Both the position numbers and the translations under genes were made by a program. A DNA stretch of 64,000 nt from Ylistrum balloti (Eukaryota). The stretch is from contig NW_026782523.1 in the NCBI RefSeq assembly GCF_031769215.1, positions 372,001 to 436,000 on the forward strand. Reading direction: 5' to 3'. Every line of letters starts with the position of its first letter. Position 1 is the stretch's first letter. Below, piece by piece: positions 28,401-41,181 of this stretch. The notes beneath the pieces are model-generated. The model was not told the origin of the DNA, searched no databases, and was given only the letters and a program-made list of their open reading frames with translations.

Positions 28401-31400
28401 ACAAGGTTATCAGACCGGTACAGGTTTATCTCAACAGTAACTGACAAGGTTATCAGACCGGTACAGGTTTATCCTGACAGTAACTGACAATGTTATCAGA
28501 CCAGTACAGGTTTACTCCAACAGTAACTGACAAGGTTATCAGACCGGTACAGGTTTATCCCAATAGCAACTGACAAGGTTATCAGACCGGTACAGGTTTA
28601 TCCCAATAGCAACTGACAAGGTTATCAGACCGGTACAGGTTTACTCCAACAGTAACTGACAATGTTATCAGACCGGTACAGGTTTAACCTGACAGTAACA
28701 GACAAGGTTATCAGACCGGTACAGGTTTACTCCAACAGTAACTGACAAGGTTATCAGACCGGTACAGGTTTAACCTGACAGTAACTGACAATGTTATCAG
28801 AACGGTACAGGTTTAACCTGACATTAGCAGACAATGTTATCAGACCGGTACAGGTATAACCTGACAGTAACAGACAATGTTATCAGACCGGTACAGGTTT
28901 ATCTCAACAGTAACTGACAAGGTTATCAGACCGGTACAGGTTTATCTCAACAGTAACAGACAATGTTATCAGACCGGTACAGGTATAACCTGACAGTAAC
29001 AGACAATGTTATCAGACCGGTACAGGTTTATCTCAACAGTAACTGACAAGGTTATCAGACCGGTACAGGTTTATCTCAACAGTAACAGACAATGTTATCA
29101 GACCAGTACAGGTATAACCTGACAGTAACTGACAATGTTATCAGAACGGTACAGGTTTATCCCAATAGCAACTGACAAGGTTATCAGACCGGAACAGGTA
29201 TAACCTGACAGTAACAGACAAGGTTATCAGACCGGTACAGGTTTACTCCAACAGTAACAGACAATGTTATCAGACCGGTACAGGTATAACCTGACATTAA
29301 CTGACAATGTTATCAGACCGGTACAGGTTTACTCCAACAGTAACTGACAAGGTTATCAGACCGGTACAGGTTTATCTCAACAGTAACTGACAATGTTATC
29401 AGACCGGTACAGGTTTAACCTGACAGTAACAGACAATGTTATCAGACCGGTACAGGTTTACTCCAACAGTAACTGACAAGGTTATCAGACCGGTACAGGT
29501 TTAACCTGACAGTAACTGACAATGTTATCAGAACGGTACAGGTTTAACCTGACAGTAACAGACAATGTTATCAGACCGGTACAGGTATAACCTGACAGTA
29601 ACAGACAATGTTATCAGACCGGTACAGGTTTATCTCAACAGTAACTGACAAGGTTATCAGACCGGTACAGGTTTATCTCAACAGTAACAGACAATGTTAT
29701 CAGACCAGTACAGGTTTACTCCAACAGTAACAGACAATGTTATCAGACCAGTACAGGTTTATCCCAACAGTAACAGACAAGGTTATCAGACCGGTACAGG
29801 TTTACTCCAACAGTAACTGACAATGTTATCAGACCGGTACAGGTATAACCTGACAGTAACAGACAAGGTTATCAGACCGGTACAGGTTTATCTCAACAGT
29901 AACTGACAATGTTATCAAACCGGTACAGGTTAAACCTGACAGTAACAGACAATGTTCTCAGAACGGTACAGGTTTACTCCAACAGTAACAGACAATGTTA
30001 TCAGAACGGTACAGGTTTATCCCAACAGTAACTGACAATGTTATCAAACCGGTACAGGTTTAACCTGACAGTAACAGACAATGTTCTCAGAACGGTACAG
30101 GTTTATCCCAACAGTAACTGACAATGTTATCAGACCAGTACAAGTTTAACCTGACATTAACTGACAAGGTTATCAGACCGGTACAGGTATAACCTGACAT
30201 TAACTGACAATGTTATCAGACCGGTACAGGTATAACCTGACAGTAACAGACAAGGTTATCAGACCGGTACAGGTTTATCCCAACAGTAACAGACAATGTT
30301 ATCAGACCAGTACAAGTTTAACCTGACAGTAACAGACAAGGTTATCAGACCGGTACAGGTTTACTCCAACAGTAACTGACAATGTTATCAGACCGGTACA
30401 GGTTTATCCTGACAGTAACTGACAATGTTATCAGAACGGTACAGGTTTAACCTGACAGTAACTGACAATGTTATCAGAACGGTACAGGTTGATCCCAATA
30501 GCAACTGACAAGGTTATCAGACCGGTACAGGTTTACTCCAACAGTAACTGACAATGTTATCAGACCGGTACAGGTTTATCCCAACAGTAACTGACAATGT
30601 TATCAAACCTGTACAGGTTTATCCCAACAGTAACTGACAATGTTATCAGACCGGTACAGGTATAACCTGACAGTAACAGACAAGGTTATCAGACCGGTAC
30701 AGGTTTATCTCAACAGTAACTGACAATGTTATCAAACCGGTACAGGTTTAACCTGACAGTAACAGACAATGTTCTCAGAACGGTACAGGTTTACTCCAAC
30801 AGTAACAGACAATGTTATCAGACCGGTACAGGTTTATCCCAACAGTAACTGACAATGTTATCAAACCTGTACAAGTTTATCCCAACAGTAACTGACAATG
30901 TTATCAGACCGGTACAGGTTTATCTCAACAGTAACTGACAATGTTATCAAACCGGTACAGGTTTAACCTGACAGTAACAGACAATGTTCTCAGAACGGTA
31001 CAGGTTTACTCCAACAGTAACTGACAAGGTTATCAGACCGGTACAGGTTTACTCCAACAGTAACAGACAATGTTATCAGACCGGTACAGGTTTAACCTGA
31101 CAGTAACAGACAATGTTATCAAACCGGTACAGGTTTATCCTGACAGTAACAGACAATGTTATCAGACCGGTACAGGTTTACTCCAACAGTAACTGACAAG
31201 GTTATCAGACCGGTACAGGTTTATCCCAATAGCAACTGACAAGGTTATCAGACCGGTACAGGTTTATCCCAACAGTAACTGACAAGGTTATCAGACCGGT
31301 ACAGGTTTATCCCAACAGTAACTGACAATGTTATCAGAACGGTACAGGTTTATCCCAATAGTAACTGACAATGTTATCAGATCGGTAAAGGTTTAACTTG

Positions 31401-31407
31401 ACAGTTA
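25477..31407. repeat. Large satellite array, 43-bp unit, ~138 copies (~5.9 kb)
   Basis: Consensus CAGTAACTGACAA(T/G)GTTATCAGACCGGTACAGGTTTATCCCAA; period 43 checked (25921 to 25964). A variable box reads tttatcccaa, tttactccaa, tttatctcaa, tttaacctga or tataacctga. Confidence 0.99.
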
Positions 31408-32049
31408 CGGGCAGTTTCCCCGACATAATCAGGCATTTGCTTCATGTACACAACCGATGAATATCTGCGCTTACATGAATTTCCATTACATTTACACCAG
31501 CATTATCATTCTTCTACACGACACAGAACTTAGATATCCAGTGTGCATGTACATATTTATTATTGAAGTACACAAAAAACCAATTAGGACGAAATCTGAT
31601 GGAACATATAGAATTTAATGACCAAATGAAATACATCATCAGGTTTTTAATAAATCAAAGCACATACAGACCAAAGTGTTGCCAGCTATGGGAATGAAAT
31701 GATAATTACTCATTTCTGTGGAAAAAATCATGATATATCTGGTGGATTACATAAAGCCGATCTTCCCGCCGAACGGATTTTCTCTAGCTCTAATGTGAAC
31801 TTGTAGTTCTTGTAATCTGTCTCGTACACATTGCCAAATTATTAATAAATCTTGTCCATAAAGATATGAAGGAAACATTTCTTTACTTATTACCTAACTA
31901 ACGAACATCATGTTTGCCTCTAAGATATTGTGTTACTTCGTGTCGATACACAATTTTACTCAAGCCTGGACGGATTTCTTACCAACTCAGTTCTACGCAG
32001 GAATGATTTAAAAAAAAAAAAAAAAAAAACAATTGTCTTTGTACAATAC

Positions 32050-32358
32050 CTGTAGCAATTTTGAGAGTATGCGTCTTTCTTCCGGTGTCCTGCCATCAGG
32101 TGCTTCACGGAGTCTCCTTCTTAAAGGAATACCGTTTCCGCTTTCATTCAAATCTTGCAACATTTTAAAGTCTTTGTGAAAATCTGCCTCTACACCATCC
32201 CAGTACGACTGAATCGCGGCTCTCACTATTTCTGTGTTGGATTCGCGATGGATCAGGAACATTCCGACAGACACCGATATCGTTAACGCACATAACAAAC
32301 TATATAGAACCTTAATGTGATAATATAACTTCTCTGTCCCATCCGTTGGAGGTGCCAT
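32050..32358 (-). CDS. First coding exon (103 aa) of a type II single-pass membrane protein with a furin-like site; TNF/ectodysplasin or transmembrane-collagen-like architecture; partial gene
   Basis: MAPPTDGTEKLYYHIK, then a hydrophobic stretch VLYSLLCALTISVSVGMFLI, a helical stalk with an N-glycosylation sequon (NES), and RRRLR|EAPDGRTPEERRILSKLLQ. It ends at a phase-0 donor CAG|gtattg at 32050/32049. A polypyrimidine tract and AG acceptor lie just upstream of the ATG. Confidence 0.75.
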
Positions 32359-34229
32359 GTTTTGTTCCAATCTACTTTCGAGAGAAAGAAAGAAGACCAA
32401 CGTACAAGAACAACATCTGGGGTCTGTAGATATTTACTATACACTCTCGCGAAATTAGCTGACCCCATGAGTTGTTGATTAAAAATAGATAGCCGGGGAC
32501 ACAGGTTCAGGATAAAACCGCATCTTAAAGTCAAAAACTCGAAACACGGTTTTATTCTCTAAGAATGGAAACCATTTTTATCGAGTAACTATGATATTAA
32601 ACAAGCAATAATTCTTATTTCATACCAACACATTAATATCAAATGCTTCCGAACTTACTGACATTGCGGCAATTTATGTTATCGATATTTTGTTAAGATA
32701 ACAATGCTTTGAGAAGTTCTCTGTACATTACGCTGCTTCAGTTTATCTCATTATATTGGCTGTTATAAACACCCTAATTATCCATTATCATCTCAAATAT
32801 GATAAGCAACGAAAATTACCTCCCTTCATTAAAACGTGATATTTGCCTAGCGAGCACACATCTTCTGATATACATATTAGTTAAAACACTGGTGACAGAT
32901 TTCGGCACATCCTATAACAAATTGAAAGCTTAGTAGTTGGTTCATTAATGTAGTCGTAGACTCAACATGGTTGTTACTTTTTTCTGATGTATAGTTTAAA
33001 AAGAAAGCTGTAAATCTATTGACTGCTATTTTAATTTATAGTTAAATTAAGCCGTGTTAACCGTTAAATCTAGACAAAATATCGGTTAATGTCTGCGTCA
33101 TAAAGCAGCATTTTTGGCAAATTTCTTAAAAGTACACGATTCAACAAACATTTGACTTAAAGGCTAGTCTTCTCAATAGTACAGAATCCCGGACTATTAG
33201 AAACGATTCCATTTTATTTCATAGATCAAGATGGCCTCGCTTCCAACGACAAACGAATAACCATGACAATATCAATTTTTAAAAAAAGTCTTGATTGTTC
33301 TTCTACGCATTTCTTATGATATCGCCTGTAATAATAACGAAGAATTCCAGACCGTTATATTCTTGCTGACAATCAACTTGAAATCAATTACCGTCACGGT
33401 ATTGTGGCTCTTAAGATCAAAGTGCTTCATCTGAGTTTTGAAGATAAATAAATGCAGATATTTAAATTTACATGATCAGCGCCTTTGTTGCAAATCATTC
33501 CTTCACATGTACAACGAACGTTTATTTCTGAAGAAACTTGGATACTGTTGTCCATTTTAAAAAGTGATAAAAATCCTATTTAATGCAAGTCAGATTTTCT
33601 ACGACTGAAATACATGATAACTCAATCATTAGTTATAGAAACAGAAGTAACAGAACGACATACAACTTCCACGTATTACAGTAAAACCTACAGTCCGTAT
33701 CATATATGTTTAATTCAATACGTGTCTATGGTTTTACTACCTTTGAAATATCAACCATAGTAAGACAGTGTCCGAACTGTCACCTAGTCAATTGGCTGAG
33801 TGGTATGGCACCGACAGATATCTAGAATAATATATCAAAGAGGCAGAAATGAGGCCTTAGGGCAAAAAAGATGTAAGTTTAATGTCTTGTGAAGCATTCA
33901 AGGCCGGTGACTACTTTAACAAGACCAATTAAAGGGATAACGCCTGCCGTCTTTCCTCGTGAATCCCGTGCTATGCTGATTAATTAAGGAGCCTATTACT
34001 GTTAATGACGTTTAAAGTCCCAGCCTCGGGACAGAGCACTTAGTCATTCTAACAAATTCAAACAGTATACTCCAAAGTCAAAACTGAGGTATATTATTAG
34101 TATAAGTCGAAGGAGACATAAATATGTCACCTCTTTCACAGTGTAGTAAGAACGTCAGGTAGAGGAAAACATATCGCTCCTTCACATCCTCACTGACATG
34201 ATTCCGAAAGTATGTAGAACATAAAAAAC

Positions 34230-34520
34230 ACATCATAGACAAGACAAATCGCCAGAACTACCAATATCTCGAGAAAAAGGTCGACTAAACCAGACACAGA
34301 ACTACCAATATCTCGAGAAACAGGTCGACTGAACCAGAACTATCAATGTATCAATATATAACTTCGATAGACAAGACACATTTCCAAATACAGAACTGAC
34401 AATCTATAGAGAAATAGGTCCACTAGACTAGACACAGTGCTATCAATGTATGGAGTAATAGATTCACTTGACAAGACACATCGAGAAAGGGGTCCATTGT
34501 ACAAGACACATTACAAGACA
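34230..34520. repeat. Degenerate ~44-bp tandem repeat
   Basis: CAGAACTACCAATATCTCGAGAAA occurs at 34253 and 34297, with further decayed copies containing ACAAGACAC. Confidence 0.75.
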
Positions 34521-36851
34521 TAGAGCTGTCTAGAAATAACTCCAACATACTGTAAGGCATTGACAATTCCATCAGTCTAGCCATCGGAAAAAACGCAGCC
34601 ATTTTATCAGAATTATTTTCCTTTTAGAATGGTACAATATCAGCAAAGCCCTGCATCGCAAATGGCCTTCAAATTCTCCAATACGGCTAACAAGTGGATC
34701 AAAAAAGTTAATCCATTTTATGGTGCTAAGTGTTATGATAGCCTTGTATAAACATCACAATCGCTAAAAGGGACGAGTTGGGTGAGCTCGCAATGACGAA
34801 ATTTAATTTTTTTAGTCACCTTGACCTACTTTTTGAGGAACTGTTCGATTCACACTGATCTGGTCTTAGTGTCAATTCAAACAGAAGATATTCAAGGGGA
34901 TACAGAAACGCTGAGGTTTGATAACATGGTGATGAATAGATTACACAGTCAAATTTGTGAGTCGATTTGATGATGAATACGGGTGCTTAATTTAAATTCT
35001 CGGAATTATTTTCTGTACTTGATAAATGACACAATATCAATGAAGAAGAAAGCTTCATGAAATTCTCAAATTCTAGTTTTTCTATTTGAATTTCTGTGTA
35101 TTTGATTCTGACTAGGTCTGTCAAGGCGAATAGGCGGTTTTCGTTTAACGAATCCTTAATATCACAATGAAATTCAATTTAAAATTGATTATCAGTGCCT
35201 ATATAACGAGTAGGTAGATGCATTAATACCACACATAAGACAATGAAAATACAATCTGAACCCGAATAATAAAAAAATAAAAACGCTTAGCGCAAGTCCA
35301 TATCTAATGTGATATTTTCTGATAGTTTTTATTGAATTCTACGAGACGTATTGGTGACATTTAGATTACTTTATGTGCAAGACTTTTCTCTGATATCGAA
35401 GACTTAGACACATGTATTGAAGTACCCGTCAATACCTAAACACACGTCAACTTACAGAGGCGTGGTGTTGAGAATTAACGATTGGGATGTTAATCTCGTA
35501 AAGATGAATTTCAATGTTTTAATATTTGTCCTCTCAACCTACATTTGTTAAAACCAAAAACTCTACTCATTCTGGCACTTTATATTTCATTTGACATTAA
35601 GCGAATTCATATAAAACAGAGGGTAATGAGTGCCTACTTCTCCATTAAGTAATCACAGAGCTCCAGAAGATGGAACTGCTTTCATTTGTACAATGTCAAT
35701 TTTTTCAGTATTTTTTCTGTCGGTACTTGTAATTAAAGATAGGCAAAGTTGTTTATAAATTGAATATTTCTTCAAATGAAGCTTTAGACAAGTAAATCAG
35801 TAATTAAAATTTAGACAGAAACCACGTTTATCTCAATTCCGACGTCCCCCGTGTCGGGCGTGCTTCTACAGGTGACATCAGAAAGAAACATAACGGTGTA
35901 ATTCGTCATCAGCAACGAAATGATCGTGTGCTGACGTCTACCGCTGCTTCCTGTTAGAGAGAAAGCCCTCTGTTTCAATAGCTATATGTCAAGGGGGAAC
36001 TTTTTACATGTGGCATGTCAATATTTTAATGTGGTGCCACAAGCAAGGTCGACTAGTGCATTTGCAATCATTTACCTGTGACATTCAATAATTTACTTTG
36101 GAAATGCGGGCATAAAAGAAAGAAAAATGCAGTCCATATATGTCAATCCATAATTCCTTTGAATGCGATGATTTTATTGAAAATAAAAATATTTATAACA
36201 AAACCTAATTGTTAGGACTTTATATAGCTATCTACAGACTTAATGATATTCATCAATATCCATTTAAATCACCTCCCATTTGATAACTAAGCAGTATTTG
36301 TGTTTTTACCAAATACGAAACTCGCGAACACTTACTAATTGATGCATTCATACACGTTCATTTCCGTTCATTGTTTGTTAACGATTGGTCACATCAGCCG
36401 AGAAAGAGTTCCTCATGGGGTTATCAGTGGTTATGGGAAATTGATACCATATGATACAATCGTGCATGTTAACAGTGGTATAAGACTTTGACACTAATCC
36501 CTGATTATTCCATTTAGAATGATATGATCTGCTTTACGTCCCGGAAATCACGTTAAAATCACGAACATGTAGCTGGCGAGTATTTTCGATGGCGAATCTT
36601 GCAATCAGATGACATTGGAGAATGTTTTAAAGAAGCTATCTTGGATCGGCAGACTTTCTACAGCAATTGTAGCTCGGGCATTCGGTGCAGTCAATTGATC
36701 TAAGCATATGATACCTTGGGGGTATTTCTCGGGATAATAAGGTACTGTAAGTTGTGCCACGCACCAAAACTGAAAAAAACATCATTTCAACACTTATATT
36801 CATCATTTTCAATTTCCCTCTTTTCCCCTTTTTTCTATTAATTTTTTTTTC

Positions 36852-36853
<2 letters not shown>

Positions 36854-36892
<39 letters not shown>
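36854..36892 (+). repeat. Poly-G tract (39 G) with a G-rich tail
   Basis: Direct count. It produces the spurious poly-Pro ORF 36636..36974. Confidence 0.95.
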
Positions 36893-36893
<1 letters not shown>

Positions 36894-39800
36894 GTAGGGG
36901 AGGGGGAAGTGATACGGGCGTGGGGAGGAGGAGGCAAACAATTGTAAACAATACTTGCAATTTTCATAAGCCATTAGCTTGCAATGTATTACGGTACAAT
37001 GATACTCTCCATTGTAGCATCACAATCCTGCTAAAAGATGCCACATTTTGAAATCTGAAATTTCACACACATTATTGATACCAGAGTCCTTTAATTGGCT
37101 GATATTTATCTCATCTTGATTGAATTCTCTGTGAAAATTTCCAGGTTGTTATTGAGGATGGTACTGCCTGCATAAAGTTGTGTGTTGGACCATGTAACAC
37201 GTGGTTTCAATATCTCAGGTCAAATACCTGTTGTAATACGTATAAATAAACAATGCCATTTGATCTAATAGCAATGGAAGAAAACGAAATTATATAACAC
37301 TCAATGTTTCATCAACTCTATATCAGATAAAGCTACATAGGGATATCATATTCTGACTTCCTCCTTGAAATCTTACTGCACTCAATACGATAGCAAAATT
37401 TGCGATCATTTAACCTTTAAGCGACCCAGCGATCCATTATATAATATGTCCTCCTCGGGGAATTCCAAACTGAAATTTACAACCTAATACAATATTCACA
37501 AGCCACACAGTAAACGGAATCACGCAACGGGCAAATTCTTCACGAGGATTTTCTCAGAATACTGCAACGTTTTAAGGTCATTAAATGTTTTCTTCATTTA
37601 GAGATACGTTACCATGGACAAGAGCACGAGGAACGATGATTGTAACGTTCAGAGGTAGCGCTCCCTTTCTGAAATACAACTATATGTCTGAAATATGAAA
37701 AACAAGCAAAACAATGAAATTAGATAGAATTAAAATTCTCTTCCTATCTCGTTGCCATCGCCGTGGTGTTGATTGTGAAATCATGTCTTACTAGAGCCTG
37801 ATGTTACATCTACGTTTCCAGTAAGGCCACAAAAAGAGTTCATAAATCCGAAATGTTATTTTGATTTTGGTATAGCAATATTGAAAACAAAAGTTAACTC
37901 GAGATATTTCAAGGCATGGTGATATACCATGTGACATCAACTATCTACTGGATATCTGATAGTACGAAACGAGAATCGCTTACATCCACTGTACTCACGT
38001 GGGGAAATTAAATTTGACAATGACCTTGTGGCATTCTCAGCATCATGAATGCCATTTTCATCTATTAGTTTCCAAACATGTATACAAACATAAATTTTAA
38101 TACTCACTAAGAAACAATTCATATATCTATATTTACATTGGCGGGGCAATAACACTATATAAATCAACCAGAAATTCGATTCATTATGCTGTAAATGCCA
38201 TTCAATACGTAACCATTATGACGTCAATATTGTGGACACAAAAGAAGGAACGATGACGGTTTGCCTTTAAATGGTTGTTTAACTTGGTGCAATACAGTGT
38301 CATAAAGTAGCATAACAGGAAAAAATTAGATGCTTTAAAATTTGTCGGCATGGTAACGTTATGAACAACAATATGGCGGCCAAATCATTATATTACGCTT
38401 CAAGATAACATACACTAAAAGACCTCATTGTTCTTTGAAATCATACCATAATTATGATCTGGTATTCTTACTAGTGTGCTATACGGTAGTAGTCTATATC
38501 GATGGACTTTTTCTTTCAAGGATAAAGTAAACGAAAGTGGTTCAACATTTCATTTTTTACATCTTACGTTTCCATGGAAATAATAATAAAAAAATAAGAT
38601 ATATTATATGGTTTCTCTGCTTAAATCAGTTTAGACTGAATTACCAGATTTATAAAAAAAAAAGTTCCAGCTTCGCTCCGCACTTGCGGGACCGTCTATA
38701 TTGGCGTCAGTAACACACCCAGTAACAAATATTGTGACGTCATCACATAACAATAAAAAGACATCGCAATTCCAATATAGTATGACGTCATACAATTTAA
38801 AAGAGGACTAACTGCGATTCTTGATAACGTCATAAACATCATATATATATAGATATATATTAATTTTAGATCCTTTTAAAAAGAAATTTCCCTTCACCCT
38901 TAACATACCTCTTTTCAAAATTGCACGTGAAATATAAAATGCCCTTTTCAATATTTTACGATGTATTTCTGTACAGCAGCAGTGCAGTTTGACTAACAGA
39001 TATTAATGATGTTTACCACAGCTTTATCCCCCAATACATTTAAGCTTTGCATAAGCTGAATCAATCCGCCAAATTAAACTGATTAGAAACGACCATTTTC
39101 CCCCGGAGATTGATCTCGTGCGAAAATAGACAAGCTATTGGTGATCTATAGTACAATGTTTATACGCGTTTCTGACGTTTGTTGACTCCTTCTTGACATA
39201 GTCACGTGCAATGTGGCCATTTTGGTTACAATTGTAATGCAAATAACTCACGCCTCACACCATCATCGTGTCAACCAGAAATCTGATCGAACCAGGTCGT
39301 AAACAAACTGTCAGCTTCAGTAGAACTTAGGAGAAATGGTTTAGTACTGTTCGACAGTCATAAAGAGGAACTCACGAGTAGGAAATCATTGGAATTCCAG
39401 CAGGTTTATATTGATAAATGATGTCTTGTGTAATTTGACGACAAGCATTGTAAATACAGGACACTGCTGAAGTTAGAACAGCCCTCTCTTTGTATTTATC
39501 CTACTCTAAGTTCACAGCAGTCATGTGGAAATTGCCATATTGTTATATAAAATACTTTTAGCTACCCTTAGCGATATTTATTTCAAACAAAGGTACATTA
39601 TATCGTGGTCGTCCGCTGAATGTCCGAAAGGTCATAGCGACACCTAGCGTGGTTTGTATCAGACACTACACTAACGACCCCTAATCTGATAAACAGTGAT
39701 TAGAAATAAATAGGCTATTATTGTAAACATAAAACCAAACCTGCTTATCTTTCTATCTCAATTAGAATCCTACACAGTGCCCCTCAGCGTTCATACAGTT

Positions 39801-39969
39801 GTGTGATCGCACAACGATGTGCGCACGATGTCTGCGCGATGTTCGCACAATGTTCTATCGTGGTTGATATAAATCTAGAAATGACCTATAGATAAATGTG
39901 GGATAGCATTTGTTTATTTTCTAAATATACAAGAGTTCCACTGAGTATATTTCCTAATTAAGCCATAAA

Positions 39970-40630
39970 TTTTTAAGTTGGACACATGCAGATCTACCAG
40001 ATACGGACTGAAGTTATATGCACTTGCGATTTAAAGCGTTTATTTACAAAATGACGCACCTGGCCAGCCTTAGTGTACTGAAACTCATTATAGATATATT
40101 ATATATGTAAACATTAAATGAACATCTCTTTATGTCACAGCGATGAATCATTTAAAATCGCATACCGTCAGTAAGCAAATTCTATTTCCATTACTCTCAT
40201 TTTTAAACAGCGTGTAAACAGAAATCATATACTCAGGTTAATCTTAAGTATTATGTTTGTTACACGTGTGACCTAGCCGCTACGGGTTCGAATCTATCAC
40301 GTTTTATATATTAATGTAATTTTTGTTGTCCGATCTGATACCTCAAGGCACTGTCTTAAGTGTGTCTGAGGTCCGGTGTTATTTTTAAAAAACTGTCGAA
40401 TTAAAAATGACTTTATAATAATCGATCATATGATCACTTTTTAGACAAAACATACGATTTTTCCGTATAATTTTCAGTCCGTAATATCAGCCAACCATTT
40501 TTTATGAAATCTCATAAAATGTGCGATCCTATTGCGAAATTGTGCGATAGATACTGTATAGAGCGTGTGTGTGGACGACGTGTGCATGGAGCTTTTGGTG
40601 CGTTGTGCGTTGACGTAACTGTAAAATGTA
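39970..40630 (+). repeat. Dispersed repeat copy A (~650 bp, probable non-autonomous element)
   Basis: Colinear similarity with 52340-52990. Anchors are AAAATCGCATACCGTC (40154) versus AAAATCACATACCGTC (52501), and an identical TTTTGGTGCGTTGTGCGT (40593 versus 52955). Confidence 0.75.
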
Positions 40631-41181
40631 GCAACATCTTTCAAACATTTTGTTTGTAAAAGGAAAGACATCTTGTGGACTGTATATATATTATATTTGG
40701 CAAGCCGCATGTAAATCTATTTACATGCAAGATCCCAAAAGCGGTGACCCTCACGCGTTATTTGGCGATATATCCAAGTAGGTACATACATCACGTGCCA
40801 TGGCATATATCCAAACTTGGCGTTATTGACCATAAATCAGTTAGTGTATTGATCGAGAGAAGATCTACATGGATATGTCAGTAAGATCATTTACATAACG
40901 TAACACGGTAGGTCACACTATAAAACTTAGCAGGTGCTGAAACTTATGAAGCATGGACTACCCTTGCCGATTTACGGGTGCCTGACACGTCATCGGCTTT
41001 ACTGCACCAATCAGGTAATAGATAACAAACCAATGGCCATTACAGTCGGGAAAGCATGTCAAACAGTCACCAGGGAGCCGTCAATTACAATCTTAGGTAT
41101 AGTATCACAAAAAGAAAAAAAAAAGTTTAATGCAGCGTCCGATCGATCATTGAAGAATATAACGGGTGTGTCTACATTATA

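Noticed and set aside
33790-34050. tRNA-derived SINE (A-box TGGCTGAGTGG)
   Set aside because: There is no B-box at the proper distance and no tRNA fold is supported.
36636-36974. Proline-rich ORF
   Set aside because: Artefact of the poly-G tract; the rest of the ORF is non-coding-like.
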